Part shown: positions 48,706-58,828 of the stretch, one piece after another | How the letters are laid out: the number at the start of each line of letters is the position of its first letter | How positions within the stretch are numbered: position 1 is the first letter of the stretch | NCBI GenBank assembly: GCA_947177395.1 | Contig: CAMWUI010000013.1 | Location: forward strand, 305-64,304 | Origin: an uncultured Paraprevotella sp. | GTDB taxonomy: Bacteria > Bacteroidota > Bacteroidia > Bacteroidales > Bacteroidaceae | Direction of reading: 5' to 3' | Length of the DNA: 64,000 nt | Made by a program: the position numbers and the translations under genes | The notes under the pieces: model-generated | Databases searched by the model: none | What the model was told of the DNA's origin: nothing | Seen by the model: only the letters and a program-made list of their open reading frames with translations

Positions 48706-50412
48706 ATGAAACACACATTGCTTGGCATTGCATTCGTTTGCGGCTGTTTGGCCGGTTGCAGAACACACTCGTCCGGGATTGCGCCACAAAGTTCAGTGGC
48801 TATTTTCGATTACTTTAATTATCGGGGTGAAGATACCTATTATAAGAATAATACTCTTCCTGACTCCTGCTCGTTCTATAATCCTGTGTTGGCCGGCTGG
48901 TATTCCGATCCGTCGTTGTGTACGAACGGTGAAGGCGATTATTTTCTTGTCACCTCCTCTTTTACGTATTTTCCCGGAGTGCCCATCTTTCATAGCCGTG
49001 ATCTTGTGAATTGGGAACAAGTGGGGCATGTCCTCAGTCGCCCTTCACAGCTGCTTAATATGGAGAAACAGCATGTGAGCGGTGGTATCTTCGCCCCGGC
49101 CATCGCTTATAACCCGGCCAATCAGACCTATTATATGATTACGACCAATGTGGGGGCCGGAAACTTTTTTGTCAAGACAAAGGATCCCTACGGTGAATGG
49201 AGCGATCCCATAATGCTGCCGGGTGTCTGGGGAATCGATCCCGCTTTTTTCTTTGACGAAGACGGCAAAGGGTATATTGTGAACAACGACGACGCTCCTG
49301 ACGGTAAGCCGGAGTATCCCGGACATCGCACAGTGAGAGTGGTTGAGTTTGATCCTGCTACAGATAGATGTGTAGGAGAGCGTAAGATTGTCATCGACAA
49401 GGGGTGCCGTCCGGAAGAGAAGCCTATCTGGTGCGAAGGTCCCCATATATATAAGATAAACGGAATATATTATCTTATGACAGCCGAAGGAGGAACAAGC
49501 GGCTGGCACAGTGAAGTTATTTATCGCGGTCCTACACCGTTCGGACCTTATGTTCCCTGGGAGGGAAATCCGATTCTTACTCAGCGCACACTTGATCCCA
49601 ATCGTCCCGATCCTGTGACATGCGCCGGGCATGCCGATATGGTTAAGACTCCCGAGGGTGATTGGTGGGGAGTATTCCTTGCCTGCCGTCCGGTAGCTGA
49701 TAATAAGGAGAATCTCGGTCGCGAAACATTCCTGATGCCAGTCAAGTGGACAGAGGACGGATGGCCTCGGTTTACTGAAGATGGACAGGCTGTACCTTTG
49801 GTCGTTGATAAGCCTGGGGTAAAGCGTGGGGAGAATGTTACTTTCGGTAATTTCAGCCGTATGGAGCAGTTTAATGATTCTGTGCTCGGTAATGAGTGGA
49901 TGACACTTCGCGGTTCCGCTACCGATTACTATTCGCTCACAACGAACCCCGGTTACCTGACAATAAAGTGTGCCGATGTGAAATCAAGCGAAAAAGCTGT
50001 GCTTCCTTATGTATGCCGTCGTCTTCATCATCATCATTTCTGCGTGGATACCCGTGTGACTTTCCAGCCTGAACATGATGCACAATCCGCAGGTCTCTTG
50101 CTTCTGAAAGATGAGACCCATCAATATCTTCTTGTCCGTACATGTCGTGAAAACCGCCATTTCATCGAGGTTTGCAAGATTTCGGCGGAGGGAAGCAGTA
50201 CGATTGGTGAGAAAGAAATAGCTCCCGGTATTGCAACAGTGGATCTTAGGATAAACGGAAGGGGACTTGAATATGATTTCAGTTTCTCTCCTGACGGTGG
50301 AAAAACGTGGGAGTCCGTTGTTGAAGGTGTTGATGCCGGTTTTACCTCAACGGCGGTTGCCGGAGGTTTTACTGGTACGGTGGTCGGTCCTTATGCTTCG
50401 AATGTTCGTTGA
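48706..50412 (+). CDS. GH43 lipoprotein (GH43_12-like arabinofuranosidase/xylosidase)
   Basis: Lipobox LAGC; NPVLAGWYSDPS, GIDPAFFFD, EGPHIYK, AGGFTG. Confidence 0.85.
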   Translation: MKHTLLGIAFVCGCLAGCRTHSSGIAPQSSVAIFDYFNYRGEDTYYKNNTLPDSCSFYNPVLAGWYSDPSLCTNGEGDYFLVTSSFTYFPGVPIFHSRDLVNWEQVGHVLSRPSQLLNMEKQHVSGGIFAPAIAYNPANQTYYMITTNVGAGNFFVKTKDPYGEWSDPIMLPGVWGIDPAFFFDEDGKGYIVNNDDAPDGKPEYPGHRTVRVVEFDPATDRCVGERKIVIDKGCRPEEKPIWCEGPHIYKINGIYYLMTAEGGTSGWHSEVIYRGPTPFGPYVPWEGNPILTQRTLDPNRPDPVTCAGHADMVKTPEGDWWGVFLACRPVADNKENLGRETFLMPVKWTEDGWPRFTEDGQAVPLVVDKPGVKRGENVTFGNFSRMEQFNDSVLGNEWMTLRGSATDYYSLTTNPGYLTIKCADVKSSEKAVLPYVCRRLHHHHFCVDTRVTFQPEHDAQSAGLLLLKDETHQYLLVRTCRENRHFIEVCKISAEGSSTIGEKEIAPGIATVDLRINGRGLEYDFSFSPDGGKTWESVVEGVDAGFTSTAVAGGFTGTVVGPYASNVR

Positions 50413-50434
50413 ACAGTGACAAAATTCTGTATTC

Positions 50435-51802
50435 ATGAAATATCTTTCATTGATTTTTACGATTCTGCTTCTGCCGCAGGCAGTTTGGGCAGACAATCCA
50501 TTCGTGCAGACTTGTTATACAACAGATCCGGCGCCGATGGTCTATAATGGGCGGCTCTATGTTTATACCGGTCACGACGAGAATAAGGCCGACTTTTTCT
50601 GGATGCAGGAATGGCGGGTATATTCAACCGATGACATGGTTAACTGGACGGACCATGGCTCACCGCTTGCCATAGAGGATTTTGTATGGGCCGATGACCG
50701 TGCGTGGGCGCCTCAGTGCATCGAGCGTAACGGGAAGTTTTATTTCTACGTGCCTCTTCATTCCTCTTTGAGCGGCACCATGGCTATCGGAGTGGCAGTC
50801 GGAGATTCTCCGACTGGTCCTTTTAAGGATGCCATCGGCAAGCCTCTTGTAGACGGGAGTTGGGCTTACATTGATCCGACTGTCTTTGTGGATGATGACG
50901 GTCAGGCTTATCTGTATTGGGGAAATCCGGATATCTATTATGTGAAGCTTAATGAAGATATGGTGTCATACTCCGGCGATGTGGTGAAAGTGGAACAGAG
51001 TGTCGAGGGGTTCGGGTCTCCCGGCCCAGAAGTTCGTAAGAAAGGGGAGACTTATCGCGATATGTACACCGAAGGGCCTTGGTTCTATAAAAGGAACGGG
51101 AAGTATTATCTGCTTTATGCCGCGGGAGGCATACCCGAGCATATTGCATATTCAATGAGTGACGGCCCCACCGGCCCCTGGAAATACATGGGAGAGATAA
51201 TGCCTCTGTCAGACACCGGCTCCTTTACCAACCACTGCGGGGTGGTCGATTTCAAAGGGCAGTCTTATTTCTTCTACCATACCGGAAAATTGCCCGGTGG
51301 AGGAGGCTTTGGACGAAGCGTGGCGGTAGAGTCCTTTACATACAATGCCGATGGAACCTTCCCTTTGATAACCCCTTCTGCATCCGGCGTGAAACCGGTG
51401 GGGACTCTTGATCCTTATAAAAGGGTTGAAGCAGAAACAATGGCTTGGTCACGGGGAGTGACGACGGAACCGAATGCCGAGACCGGACTCTATGTATCCG
51501 ATATTCACAATGGCGATTTCATAAAGCTTGCGAATGTGGATTGTAAACGTGGCGGCCCGAAGAAATTCTGCGCATCTGTTGCGAGTGCCCGCAGGGGAGG
51601 CACGATTGAGGTACGCGTGGATTCACTGGAAGGGCCGTTAGTGGCGGAGCTTCCAGTGCCTGCGACCGGTGGGTGGGAAAAGTGGATATCTCTGGAGGCT
51701 CCGATTCAAATGGGAGTGACTGGTATGCATGATATTTATCTTCTTTTCAAAGGACGTAAAGGACCGAAACTTTTTAATTTCGATTATTGGCTGTTTAAAT
51801 AA
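50435..51802 (+). CDS. GH43 (GH43_29-like) + CBM6
   Basis: TTDPAPMV, WAPQC, IDPTVF, TEGPW; PYKRVEAET..TGGWEKW..FNFDYW CBM6. Confidence 0.85.
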   Translation: MKYLSLIFTILLLPQAVWADNPFVQTCYTTDPAPMVYNGRLYVYTGHDENKADFFWMQEWRVYSTDDMVNWTDHGSPLAIEDFVWADDRAWAPQCIERNGKFYFYVPLHSSLSGTMAIGVAVGDSPTGPFKDAIGKPLVDGSWAYIDPTVFVDDDGQAYLYWGNPDIYYVKLNEDMVSYSGDVVKVEQSVEGFGSPGPEVRKKGETYRDMYTEGPWFYKRNGKYYLLYAAGGIPEHIAYSMSDGPTGPWKYMGEIMPLSDTGSFTNHCGVVDFKGQSYFFYHTGKLPGGGGFGRSVAVESFTYNADGTFPLITPSASGVKPVGTLDPYKRVEAETMAWSRGVTTEPNAETGLYVSDIHNGDFIKLANVDCKRGGPKKFCASVASARRGGTIEVRVDSLEGPLVAELPVPATGGWEKWISLEAPIQMGVTGMHDIYLLFKGRKGPKLFNFDYWLFK

Positions 51803-51823
51803 TTTATAAATCAAATATCAGAG

Positions 51824-52744
51824 ATGAAGCCCATGAAAAAGACAATAATAGCAGGGATGATAATGACCTTGTTTTCCCTAAGTGCTTCTGCCAATAACCC
51901 CAGATTCCATATATATCTTTGCATCGGACAGTCCAATATGGAGGGCAATGCTCCGGTAGAATCAATGGACCGTCAGAATGTACCGGAACGTTTCAAGATG
52001 ATGGCTACGGTTGATTTTTCCAATCCGGAGCGCATAAGAGGGGAGTGGTATGTCGCCACGCCTCCGCTGGTGCGTCAGAACACAGGGTTGACTCTTATGG
52101 ATTACTTTGGACGCACAATGGTCGATAATCTTCCGGAAGATGTCACAGTCGGTGTGGTACCGGTGGCGATAGGCGGATGCAAGATTGAGCATTTGTCGAA
52201 AGATTTCGATCCATCTTCTGTTGCTGGTGAAGCTGATTGGTTCAAGGCATTTATGAAAGCGTATGATAATCGCCCTTACGAACGTCTTCTTGAGTGCGCC
52301 CGTAAGGCCAAGGAAGAAGGGGTGATAAAAGGGATTCTGATTCATCAGGGAGAATCGAATAACGGCGACACCCAATGGTGTGAGAAGGTGAAAAAAGTCT
52401 ATGAAGACATTCTCTCTGATCTTGGCATGGAACCGGAATCGGTTCCGTTGCTTGCAGGAGAGGTCGTGACTACCGCTCTGGGCGGTATCTGCGGTGCAAT
52501 GAACACTATCATTGGTTTGCTTCCGGAGACACTTCCGGTTGCCCACGTGGTTTCGGCTGCAGATCTTCCCCAAAACGGGGACGGTCTCCATTTTACTGCC
52601 CAAGGCTATCGTGTGCTTGGTTGCCGTTATGCGACAGAGATGCTGGCGCTCATGGGCATCCGTGAACCGCAGGTAAAGTATTCCTGTGGCATTGCTCCAA
52701 CAAAAGAATCTAAAAAGGACGTTACTAATCCTTCTGATCGTTGA
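51824..52744 (+). CDS. CE6/SASA-family acetyl xylan esterase
   Basis: GQSNMEG, HQGESN, DGLHF. Confidence 0.85.
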   Translation: MKPMKKTIIAGMIMTLFSLSASANNPRFHIYLCIGQSNMEGNAPVESMDRQNVPERFKMMATVDFSNPERIRGEWYVATPPLVRQNTGLTLMDYFGRTMVDNLPEDVTVGVVPVAIGGCKIEHLSKDFDPSSVAGEADWFKAFMKAYDNRPYERLLECARKAKEEGVIKGILIHQGESNNGDTQWCEKVKKVYEDILSDLGMEPESVPLLAGEVVTTALGGICGAMNTIIGLLPETLPVAHVVSAADLPQNGDGLHFTAQGYRVLGCRYATEMLALMGIREPQVKYSCGIAPTKESKKDVTNPSDR

Positions 52745-52755
52745 AATTCTGACTG

Positions 52756-54174
52756 ATGAAAATGGTTGTCAATACAGAGAAATCGTCGGAAGCCAAAGGC
52801 TTCTATAAACTTTCAATGCTGCAATGTGTCGGTTTTGGTTCGGGGGACTTGGCTCAGAACCTCATTTACCAGACTGTCAGCATGTATCTTCTTTTTTTCT
52901 ATACGAATGTATATGGTCTTGCGCCCGCGGTTGTTGCAGTCATGTTTTTGATTGTGCGCATTATAGATGTGATTTGGGATCCCTTGGTCGGTACGTTCGT
53001 CGATCAGCATAATCCTACGTTCGGCAAGTATCGTTCTTATCTTGTGCTGGGAGGACTTCCGCTGACGGCATTTGCTATTCTCTGTTTTTGGGATGGTTTT
53101 TCAGGTTCGTTGTTTTATGCCTATGTGACTTATGTCGGTTTGTCTATGTGTTACACATTGGTGAATATACCTTATGGGGCTTTGAACGCTTCGCTGACAC
53201 GTGACACTGCGGAAATAACCAAACTGACTTCAGTAAGAATGTTCATGGCGAACATCGGAGGACTTGCCGTAGGCATGGGTATTCCGGTCGTTCTGAAATG
53301 TTTTGATCCGGTGAATGCTGCCGATATGTCGCTTGATGACGGGGCATGGCTGGCCACTATGGCCATTTATGGCGGTGTGGGGCTTGCGTTGCTCCTTTTC
53401 TGTTTTTCGCAATGCCGCGAACGTGTGGTGATGGACGAAAAAGCCACTGAAGAGGTGAAGACATCAGACCTGTGGATGGAGTTTGTCCACAACCGTCCTC
53501 TCCGTATCCTGGCGTTCTTTTTCGTCACAGCTTTTGCAATGATGGCTATCGGTAATGCCGCCGGTGCCTATTATGTCAATTACAATCTTCATGGAAGTGC
53601 GAGAGAGCTGTCTGTGTTCATGGGGCTTGGTTCTATTCCCGCTTTTATCTTTATGCCGATGATTCCTGCGATTAAAAAGTTGGTCGGGAAAAAAGGCATG
53701 TTTTATATTTTCCTTGTTACGGCAATAGTCGGAATGGCGCTTCTTTATGCTGTCTCGGTGATAGACAGCCTTAGAGTCATGTGGTTGGTATATATTGCAC
53801 AATTCGTCAAATCAACAGGGATAATCGTTGCTACAGGGTATATGTGGGCGCTGGTTCCCGAGGTGATTTCTTTCGGAGAATATACTCATGGGCGGCGTAT
53901 ATCGGGCATTGTGAATGCCCTTACCGGTATTTTCTATAAAGCCGGTATGGCTCTTGGAGGTGTCGTCCCGGGATTGGTATTGGCATTCGTCGGTTTTGAC
54001 AAGGATTGTGACGAGCAGACCCTTTTTGCCCAGCAGGGTATTTTGTGGCTTGTTGCGGTGATACCTGCTGTATTATTGATGCTGGCCATGTTTATCATTT
54101 CGAAATACGAACTTGACGATGACCGTATCGATGAAATCAATCGTCAGATAGAATTAAGGAACAAAGTTCAGTAG
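52756..54174 (+). CDS. GPH-family MFS sugar (xyloside):cation symporter
   Basis: GFGSGDLAQN, DVIWDPLVG, NIPYGAL, about 12 TM. Confidence 0.88.
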   Translation: MKMVVNTEKSSEAKGFYKLSMLQCVGFGSGDLAQNLIYQTVSMYLLFFYTNVYGLAPAVVAVMFLIVRIIDVIWDPLVGTFVDQHNPTFGKYRSYLVLGGLPLTAFAILCFWDGFSGSLFYAYVTYVGLSMCYTLVNIPYGALNASLTRDTAEITKLTSVRMFMANIGGLAVGMGIPVVLKCFDPVNAADMSLDDGAWLATMAIYGGVGLALLLFCFSQCRERVVMDEKATEEVKTSDLWMEFVHNRPLRILAFFFVTAFAMMAIGNAAGAYYVNYNLHGSARELSVFMGLGSIPAFIFMPMIPAIKKLVGKKGMFYIFLVTAIVGMALLYAVSVIDSLRVMWLVYIAQFVKSTGIIVATGYMWALVPEVISFGEYTHGRRISGIVNALTGIFYKAGMALGGVVPGLVLAFVGFDKDCDEQTLFAQQGILWLVAVIPAVLLMLAMFIISKYELDDDRIDEINRQIELRNKVQ

Positions 54175-54234
54175 AGGACTGATCTGACAGGAGGGTATAA
54201 AATATAATTTAGGATATATTTAAATCTGATATTA

Positions 54235-55335
54235 ATGAAAACGGATTTTTCGGATTGGGTCTTGGCCGGTATGCTTTTCGTGGGTTGTGGCACGGCCAAA
54301 TCGCCGGTAACGGTGAAAGAATATTTTAAGAATGAGTTTCTTATAGGGGCAGCCATCCCTGTGCCTCATGTCAAGGGGCTGGATGCGAAGGCAGACTCCG
54401 TTGTCAGTCTCCATTTTAATTCGATAGTGGCTGAAAACTGCATGAAATGCGGGGAAATACATCCCCGTAAAGATGAATATTATTGGGATGCCGCCGATGC
54501 TTTTGTACGGTATGGCGAAGAGCGCGGCATGGCTGTTATCGGTCATGTGCTGGTGTGGCATTCTCAGGTTGCACCTTGGTTCTTTTATGATAGTGCGGGC
54601 AGTTATGTCACACCGGAGGAACTCAAAAAACGTATGCATGACCATATTGTAACTGTTGTCGGCCGTTATAAGGGGCGTATCAAAGGTTGGGATGTCGTTA
54701 ATGAAGTTATTGAGGATAATGGCACTTACCGCCGTTCTCCTTTTTATGAAATCCTGGGTGAGGAATTTATTCCGCTTGCCTTCCAATACGCTCATGAGGC
54801 AGATCCTGAAGCAGAGCTTTATATCAACGACTATTCGATGGCATGTCCCCCGAAGCGCGAGGAGTATGTACGGATTGTCGGCGAGTTGCGTAAACGGGGA
54901 TTAAGAATCGACGGCATCGGCATGCAGAGCCATATCGGTCTTGATTATCCGGATCTTGGTGAGTATGAAAAGTCCATCGAGGTTTTTGGCAATACCGGAC
55001 TTCAGGTTATGATTACAGAACTGGATATGACAGCCATACCGACAGTCCATAAAAGGGCGGATGTAGCTGACAATGTCGCCTTCAAAGCGGCGTTTAATCC
55101 TTATAAAGAAGGATTGCCCGAAAACGTTTCTAAGCAATGGAACGCAAGAATGGACAGCGTGTTTCAGATTTATAGGAAACATTCCGATGTGATTTCCCGC
55201 GTTACCTGGTGGGGTACTCATGACGGTATGTCGTGGCGCAACGACTTTCCGATGCGGGGACGTACCGATTATCCGCTTCTATTTGACCGTGAATATAGGA
55301 TGAAACAGTTTATGGAAGAGAAACTTGCCCGTTAA
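54235..55335 (+). CDS. xynA: GH10 endo-1,4-beta-xylanase
   Basis: AENCMK, GHVLVWHSQ, WDVVNE (acid/base), ITELD (nucleophile), YPLLFD. Confidence 0.92.
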   Translation: MKTDFSDWVLAGMLFVGCGTAKSPVTVKEYFKNEFLIGAAIPVPHVKGLDAKADSVVSLHFNSIVAENCMKCGEIHPRKDEYYWDAADAFVRYGEERGMAVIGHVLVWHSQVAPWFFYDSAGSYVTPEELKKRMHDHIVTVVGRYKGRIKGWDVVNEVIEDNGTYRRSPFYEILGEEFIPLAFQYAHEADPEAELYINDYSMACPPKREEYVRIVGELRKRGLRIDGIGMQSHIGLDYPDLGEYEKSIEVFGNTGLQVMITELDMTAIPTVHKRADVADNVAFKAAFNPYKEGLPENVSKQWNARMDSVFQIYRKHSDVISRVTWWGTHDGMSWRNDFPMRGRTDYPLLFDREYRMKQFMEEKLAR

Positions 55336-55350
55336 AAAACGAATGGAATT

Positions 55351-56337
55351 ATGAAACTTCTAAAACCTGAAAAAAGATATCTTTTTCCTGAGGATTTCAT
55401 GGCGGATCCGAGCGTCCATGTGTTCAACGGAAAGCTATATATCTATCCGTCTCATGACCGGGAATGTGAGAATGTAGAGAACGACAACGGCGATCAGTAT
55501 GTGATGAAAGACATGCATGTCCTTTCTATCGACGGAGACCCGATGACGGGAAATGTCACCGATCATGGGAAAGCGCTTGATATTGCCGATATTCCTTGGG
55601 CTGGTCGGCAGTTGTGGGATTGTGACTGCGCGGAAAAAGGCGGAAAGTATTACCTCTACTTCCCTCTTAAAGACCGGAACGACATTTTCCGGATAGGGGT
55701 CGCTGTGGCCGATAGGCCGGAGGGGCCTTTCATTCCGGAGCCGGATCCCATCCGGGGCAGTTATTCTATGGATATCTGTGTGCTTAAAGAGGAAGAAGAT
55801 TATTATATGTATTTCGGAGGATTGTGGGGAGGCCAGTTGCAGCGTTTCCGTGACAACAAGGCTCTTGAAAATGCAGTTCTTCCCGAAGGGGCCGAGCCTG
55901 CTTTGCCGAGCCGATGCGTCCGTCTTTCCAAAGATATGCTTCAGTTCGCAGAAGAGCCAAGACCGATACAGGTGGTTGACGAAAACGGCAATCCTCTTCG
56001 TGCCGATGATCCCCATCGTTTTTTTGAAGCGTCATGGGTGCATAAATACAATGGGAAGTATTATTTTTCCTATTCTACCGGTGACAGCCATCTCCTTTGT
56101 TATGCTGTAGGTGATAATCCTTACGGCCCTTTTGTATATCAGGGCGTTATTCTTACGCCAGTGGTAGGATGGACCACTCATCACTGCATAGTGGAATATG
56201 GAGGGAAATGGTACCTTTTTCATCACGACAGTGTGCCTTCGGGGGGTAAATCGTGGCTTCGCAGCCTGAAAGTGTGCGAACTAACATACGATGAGCAAGG
56301 TCGGATTCATACCATAGACGGTGAGGGAAATGGATGA
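55351..56337 (+). CDS. xynB: GH43_1 beta-xylosidase/arabinosidase (no signal peptide)
   Basis: MADPSVHVF, YFGGLWGGQL, FFEASW, GWTTHH; follows GH10 as in Prevotella xynAB. Confidence 0.88.
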   Translation: MKLLKPEKRYLFPEDFMADPSVHVFNGKLYIYPSHDRECENVENDNGDQYVMKDMHVLSIDGDPMTGNVTDHGKALDIADIPWAGRQLWDCDCAEKGGKYYLYFPLKDRNDIFRIGVAVADRPEGPFIPEPDPIRGSYSMDICVLKEEEDYYMYFGGLWGGQLQRFRDNKALENAVLPEGAEPALPSRCVRLSKDMLQFAEEPRPIQVVDENGNPLRADDPHRFFEASWVHKYNGKYYFSYSTGDSHLLCYAVGDNPYGPFVYQGVILTPVVGWTTHHCIVEYGGKWYLFHHDSVPSGGKSWLRSLKVCELTYDEQGRIHTIDGEGNG

Positions 56338-56346
56338 TTTATCTTT

Positions 56347-58749
56347 ATGGAGTTTGATATGAAAAATGCGATTGTTTGTTTAGCATTATTGGTATTTTCC
56401 CTGACGGTTGAGGCGGCTCTGCCCATAGTGGAGTTTATTACGCCTGCAATAGTGAGAGTGAGATGGACGCCCGACGGGACTTTGACGGACAATGCCACCG
56501 GTGTATGTGTTTATGAGACGATGCCGGTTGGTGTAACGGTGAAAGAAGTAGACGGTTGGATTATAATGCAGTCAGACTCCCTGAAAGTATCCGTCGGCCC
56601 CGACGGTCATGTCGTTTTTACCGACCCAGACACGGGCGGTTTGCTTCTTTCAGAGTCCGTCCGGTCTTCCCGCAGATGGGACTGTGTGATGCAGGAGAAA
56701 GTCATCTATGACGATGCTTCGGCTCGTATGGAGGAGACTGCCAACGGGAAAGTGACGGTGAAAGATGTATTGCGCCGTGATACATTGGGAATGAAGAACC
56801 GGGTGGCCGTTACATTTTCCATGAATCCGGACGAAGGTATCTACGGTTTGGGTTCCCATATGGAAGACTATATGAATCTGTTGGGTAAGAATCTGTACCT
56901 AACCCAGCACAACCTTAAAGCATTCGTGCCGATGTTGCTTTCCACACGGGGATACGGATTGCTGTTCGATGCGGGATGTTCCATGAAATATGAAAGCCGG
57001 CCGATAGCCGACGGTTCATACGAGACCACGATGGAAATGGAGAGCGTCAATACGTTGGATTATTATTTCATAAAAGGAGCGTCTCTGGAGGAGGTTGTGG
57101 CCGGTTACCGTTATCTTACGGGAGCCGTTGCAATGATGCCCCGTTACCTGTTCGGATATATACAGTCGAAAGAAAGATATGTGTCTTCGGACGATATTAT
57201 AAGCACGGTGAAAGAGTATCGCCGTCGCCATGTTCCGCTCGATATGATTGTTCAGGACTGGAATTACTGGCCGCAGGGATGGGGGTACATGAAAATGAAC
57301 CGGAAGTATTATCCCGATCCGAAGGCTCTTGCCGATTCCGTGCATGCTCTCGATGCGAAGCTGATGGTGAGTATCTGGGCCAACCCGCAATATTGTCCGC
57401 AGGAAGAGGATTTCCGCAGGCGTGGATTTATGTTGGAGCATTCTGTGTATGACGCTTTCAATCCGGCGGCACGTGATCTTTATTGGGAATATGCGGACCG
57501 GGAATTTTTCAGCAATGGTTTCGATGCCTGGTGGTGCGACAGCAGTGAACCTCTTGACGGAGACTGGAACGGAATACCGGAGCCGGAAAACGGAAAGGAA
57601 TATGGTTGGGATGACCATGAGAAACGTTGGCGGCTTACCGATGCCGTTCTTTCCGAAACACTTGGCGCGGAGAGAGCCTGCCTTTATTCGTTTAACCATT
57701 CAAAAGGCATTTATGAGCATCAAAGAGGCGTTTCCGATGAAAAGAGGGTTGTGAATCTTACGCGTTCCACATTTGCCGGTCAGCAGCGGTATGCCACGGT
57801 TGTGTGGAACGGCGACACCCATGCTTCGTGGAAATCGTTCAGGCAGCAGATACCTGCAGGACTCAATTACATGGCTACGGGAAATCCTTACTGGACGGTG
57901 GATGTCGGATGCTTCTTCACCCGCGAGGATCCCAGATGGTTTTATAAAGGAGAGTTTCCGCAAGGTGTTGTTGACGAAGGTTACAGGGAATTTTATACCC
58001 GTATGTTCCAGTGGGCGACATTTCTTCCGGTGCTTCGCAGTCACGGAACAGACACTCCCCGTGAGATATGGCGGTTTGGGGAAGAAGGGACTCCATACTA
58101 CGATGCTATCCTTAAAATGATACATTGCCGGTATGAGCTGATACCTTATATATATAGTATGGCGGCGGCGCAAAACCGGGGAGGTTATACCATGGCACGT
58201 CCGCTGGCGTTTGACTTCCCCGAAGACAGTAAAGTGTTTGATTTGAAAGACCAGTATATGTTCGGCGATATGATGGTGTGTCCTGTGACCTATCCCGGGA
58301 GCCGGACCAGGGAAGTATATCTTCCTGAAACGGAGAGCGGATGGGTGGATTACTGGACGGGAACGCGGTTCCACGGGGGGACTGTCATAACTGCGGAAGC
58401 TCCTGTCGACCGTCTTCCGGTCTATGTGAGAGGGGGAAGCATCCTTCTCACGACGGAGGTCGCGGAGCATAGTGGAGCCACTGTGGGGCAACCGGTGAAT
58501 GTGGATGTTTTTACGGGGCGGGATGCCGGCTTCACCTTTTATGACGATGCCGGTGACGGATATGCATTCGAAAAAGGGGAGAGCACAAGAATCAGATTCT
58601 TCTGGGACGACTGCCGGAAACGTCTGACGATTTCAGAGGCATGCGGCACGTATGCCGGTGCTCCGGTCAAGCGGGTGTTTAATGTGCGTGCGGCCGGCAA
58701 AGAAAAGAGAGTCGACTATACCGGGAAAAAGAAAGTGATAAAATTTTAA
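56347..58749 (+). CDS. GH31 glycosidase (alpha-xylosidase-like)
   Basis: IVQDWNYW, WWCDSSEP, WNGD, RSHGTDTPRE, YDDAGDGY. Confidence 0.87.
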   Translation: MEFDMKNAIVCLALLVFSLTVEAALPIVEFITPAIVRVRWTPDGTLTDNATGVCVYETMPVGVTVKEVDGWIIMQSDSLKVSVGPDGHVVFTDPDTGGLLLSESVRSSRRWDCVMQEKVIYDDASARMEETANGKVTVKDVLRRDTLGMKNRVAVTFSMNPDEGIYGLGSHMEDYMNLLGKNLYLTQHNLKAFVPMLLSTRGYGLLFDAGCSMKYESRPIADGSYETTMEMESVNTLDYYFIKGASLEEVVAGYRYLTGAVAMMPRYLFGYIQSKERYVSSDDIISTVKEYRRRHVPLDMIVQDWNYWPQGWGYMKMNRKYYPDPKALADSVHALDAKLMVSIWANPQYCPQEEDFRRRGFMLEHSVYDAFNPAARDLYWEYADREFFSNGFDAWWCDSSEPLDGDWNGIPEPENGKEYGWDDHEKRWRLTDAVLSETLGAERACLYSFNHSKGIYEHQRGVSDEKRVVNLTRSTFAGQQRYATVVWNGDTHASWKSFRQQIPAGLNYMATGNPYWTVDVGCFFTREDPRWFYKGEFPQGVVDEGYREFYTRMFQWATFLPVLRSHGTDTPREIWRFGEEGTPYYDAILKMIHCRYELIPYIYSMAAAQNRGGYTMARPLAFDFPEDSKVFDLKDQYMFGDMMVCPVTYPGSRTREVYLPETESGWVDYWTGTRFHGGTVITAEAPVDRLPVYVRGGSILLTTEVAEHSGATVGQPVNVDVFTGRDAGFTFYDDAGDGYAFEKGESTRIRFFWDDCRKRLTISEACGTYAGAPVKRVFNVRAAGKEKRVDYTGKKKVIKF

Positions 58750-58828
58750 GTCGCATTGTTACCTCGATAAAAGTAACTATCTTTATAACCGAATCTGAAT
58801 ATATTACTTTTAATTCATCAAACTTACT